NCBI GenBank assembly: GCA_000934665.2
Contig: JYFJ02003895.1
Location: forward strand, 1-36,625
Length of the DNA stretch: 36,625 bases
Direction: 5' to 3'
Source of the DNA: Catajapyx aquilonaris
Lineage: Eukaryota
The notes below the pieces were generated by a model. It ran no database searches. It saw only the letters and a list, made by a program, of their open reading frames with translations, and was not told the DNA's origin. A program made the position numbers and the translations under genes. Shown here piece by piece: positions 35,088-36,625 of the stretch (the stretch's first letter is position 1; every line of letters begins with the position of its first letter).

Positions 35088-35120
<33 letters not shown>
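35088..35120 (+). repeat. (CAA)11 microsatellite
   Basis: Directly visible. Confidence 0.95.
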
Positions 35121-35467
35121 AACACGCTAGGCCCAGGCCCAAAAAGGGGCACAAGAAACCCGTCCCCTCGCGCCCCGAGGCGGGACGGATGTCCAAAAGG
35201 ACGTCGGGGCCACCGTAGTGCCACCAGCACAGAAACGAGGCACAAACCTCGTCCCTCGTCTCCTGTGGCCAAGAATTCCGTAAGAGCGACCGTTAGAGCT
35301 GATCCTGCTCCGACGCCATCTTTGATGTTCCACTGATTGATGTTCGACTGAGGCATCTCAATGTCTGCATGAGGTACTTGAAGACCCGGAAGAAGTGGCG
35401 CAAGATGCGTAAGGTCGCTAATTGATGTGGGCCTATGCCTTGATTTATAGACTATATTATGTACTAA

Positions 35468-35640
35468 TCCCTATATATATAAAGCTCAAAATTTGTACAT
35501 ATATTTATTTATCACGCCTAATTAAGCCACTTCCCGGGTACGGAGAGCGCTCAAATTTCTCAGAGCCATGTTTTACATATCACTGACCCCGGGAAAAGTC
35601 CCAAAGCCGAACTTTTTTGAGCCTAAGGGTGGTTTTCAGC
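35468..35640 (+). mobile_element. Possible non-autonomous Helitron 5' end
   Basis: A|TC-CCTATATATATAAAGCTCAAAA resembles arthropod Helitron 5' termini; no convincing hairpin-CTRR 3' end found. Confidence 0.3.
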
Positions 35641-36074
35641 AGATTAAGCAATTGCCTAGCTACCCTAAGCTGTCAACAAGCCCAAATGATGGATCTGCCT
35701 CTCGCACTTCATGTTCTACAATAAAAAACATTGCATATTCAACAATGAGAACAATAGAACAACGGGCAGGTTGGCAAGAATAATGTAACTGCAGCAAGAA
35801 TTGCAGTATGCGAGTAGGGTATTGTAACAATGAACGGTTGGAGTACTTAGGGGAGTGCCGAGATCAACAATACCGAACAATACGGTACTGTACAGTTCAT
35901 ACATCGATAGAACCTGCCACAAGGCACCAGGAAACACAGAGGAAAGAAGAGCAGGCATACGTTCGTGTGTTTGGTCTCAGTAGTGTTGGAGTGATGCCTT
36001 CATGTTCAGATTGTGTTATCGTCAAATATTTTTTAAAAAAATCTGATACAAAATTTTCAAATGTAATTGTAAAA

Positions 36075-36285
36075 CCAGGGTTAATTCGAAACGGCGTAAA
36101 ATGGAGCGGCGTAAAACGGGTACTTCCCGCATGGGAAATCTTTCTTGGCCACTTCACAACCAGCAAGCTATCATAATTTCCACGTTATCACAATTTTTCA
36201 ATTTAAAAATTTTCTGATGTCATTTTCAAACCGGCGTTAATGTAGAACGGCGTAAAATGGAGGGGTGTAAAACGGGTACCTACTG
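36075..36285. mobile_element. pogo/Tigger-like transposon terminus with duplicated subterminal repeats
   Basis: Two copies of AACGGCGTAAAATGGAG.GG.GTAAAACGGGTAC. The end reads CAGTAGGTACCCG on the minus strand; the expected TA flank is absent. Confidence 0.55.
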
Positions 36286-36471
36286 GATTATTTTGATAAT
36301 TGGACGGTGTTATGCAATAATGCGTCAACCCACGCGAGATCAGTTTTGAGAAAAAGGGCTTTGAAGGTCATACCTGTGAAATTAATTCGGTGTTCTTTTC
36401 GGTCACATATGGCAGAAGTATGCAGATTTCACGTGCATGATTTTAACTGAATTAAGTAGGATCATTTAGGT

Positions 36472-36625
36472 CAGCGGTTCTTAGCCTGGGGTGCCCCGCA
36501 CCTCCAGGGGGCGCGAGGTGGCTTCCCTGGGGGTGCGAGCAAGGTGCACCTCTAAACAAGAGTTAATATAAACGGGTCTAACCATGAACGTAATCAATCA
36601 CCCCTGGTAAAGGGGGTGCGACAAG
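36472..36625. mobile_element. hAT Charlie/Buster-type MITE, running off the window end
   Basis: Starts CAGCGGTTCTTAGCCTGGGG after ATTTAGGT (central TA, NTCTAGAN-like target); internal GGGGGTGCGA repeats. Confidence 0.75.

Overview
Eukaryotic DNA, probably arthropod (DRE motifs, a (CCTAA)n tract, R1/I-clade LINEs, Mag-clade Gypsy). I recognise no intact host protein-coding gene. A CpG-rich, apparently divergent promoter at ~1.7-2.15 kb is followed by ~31 kb of mosaic sequence. This mosaic holds fragments of many unrelated transposons: R1, I/Nimb, Gypsy, Mag, Helentron RepHel, AcademX, Chapaev3, Tc3-like, hAT and Ginger/KRBA2-like. It also holds decayed intron-containing paralogous genes: F-box/LRR, BIR-like, OTU/PHD-like and orphans. 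Every recognisable coding fragment between 3.5 and 33.7 kb is on the minus strand, which is the layout of a flamenco-like unistrand piRNA cluster (inference). The most striking local structure is a pair of abutting perfect palindromes with a 5-bp duplication inside the F-box exon. Removing 61 bp restores the frame, and the structure resembles a hairpin-mediated, RAG/Transib/hAT-type excision footprint. After 33.7 kb come a plus-strand Polinton-like fragment and DNA-transposon ends. Family calls come from motifs recognised by eye; no database search was run.
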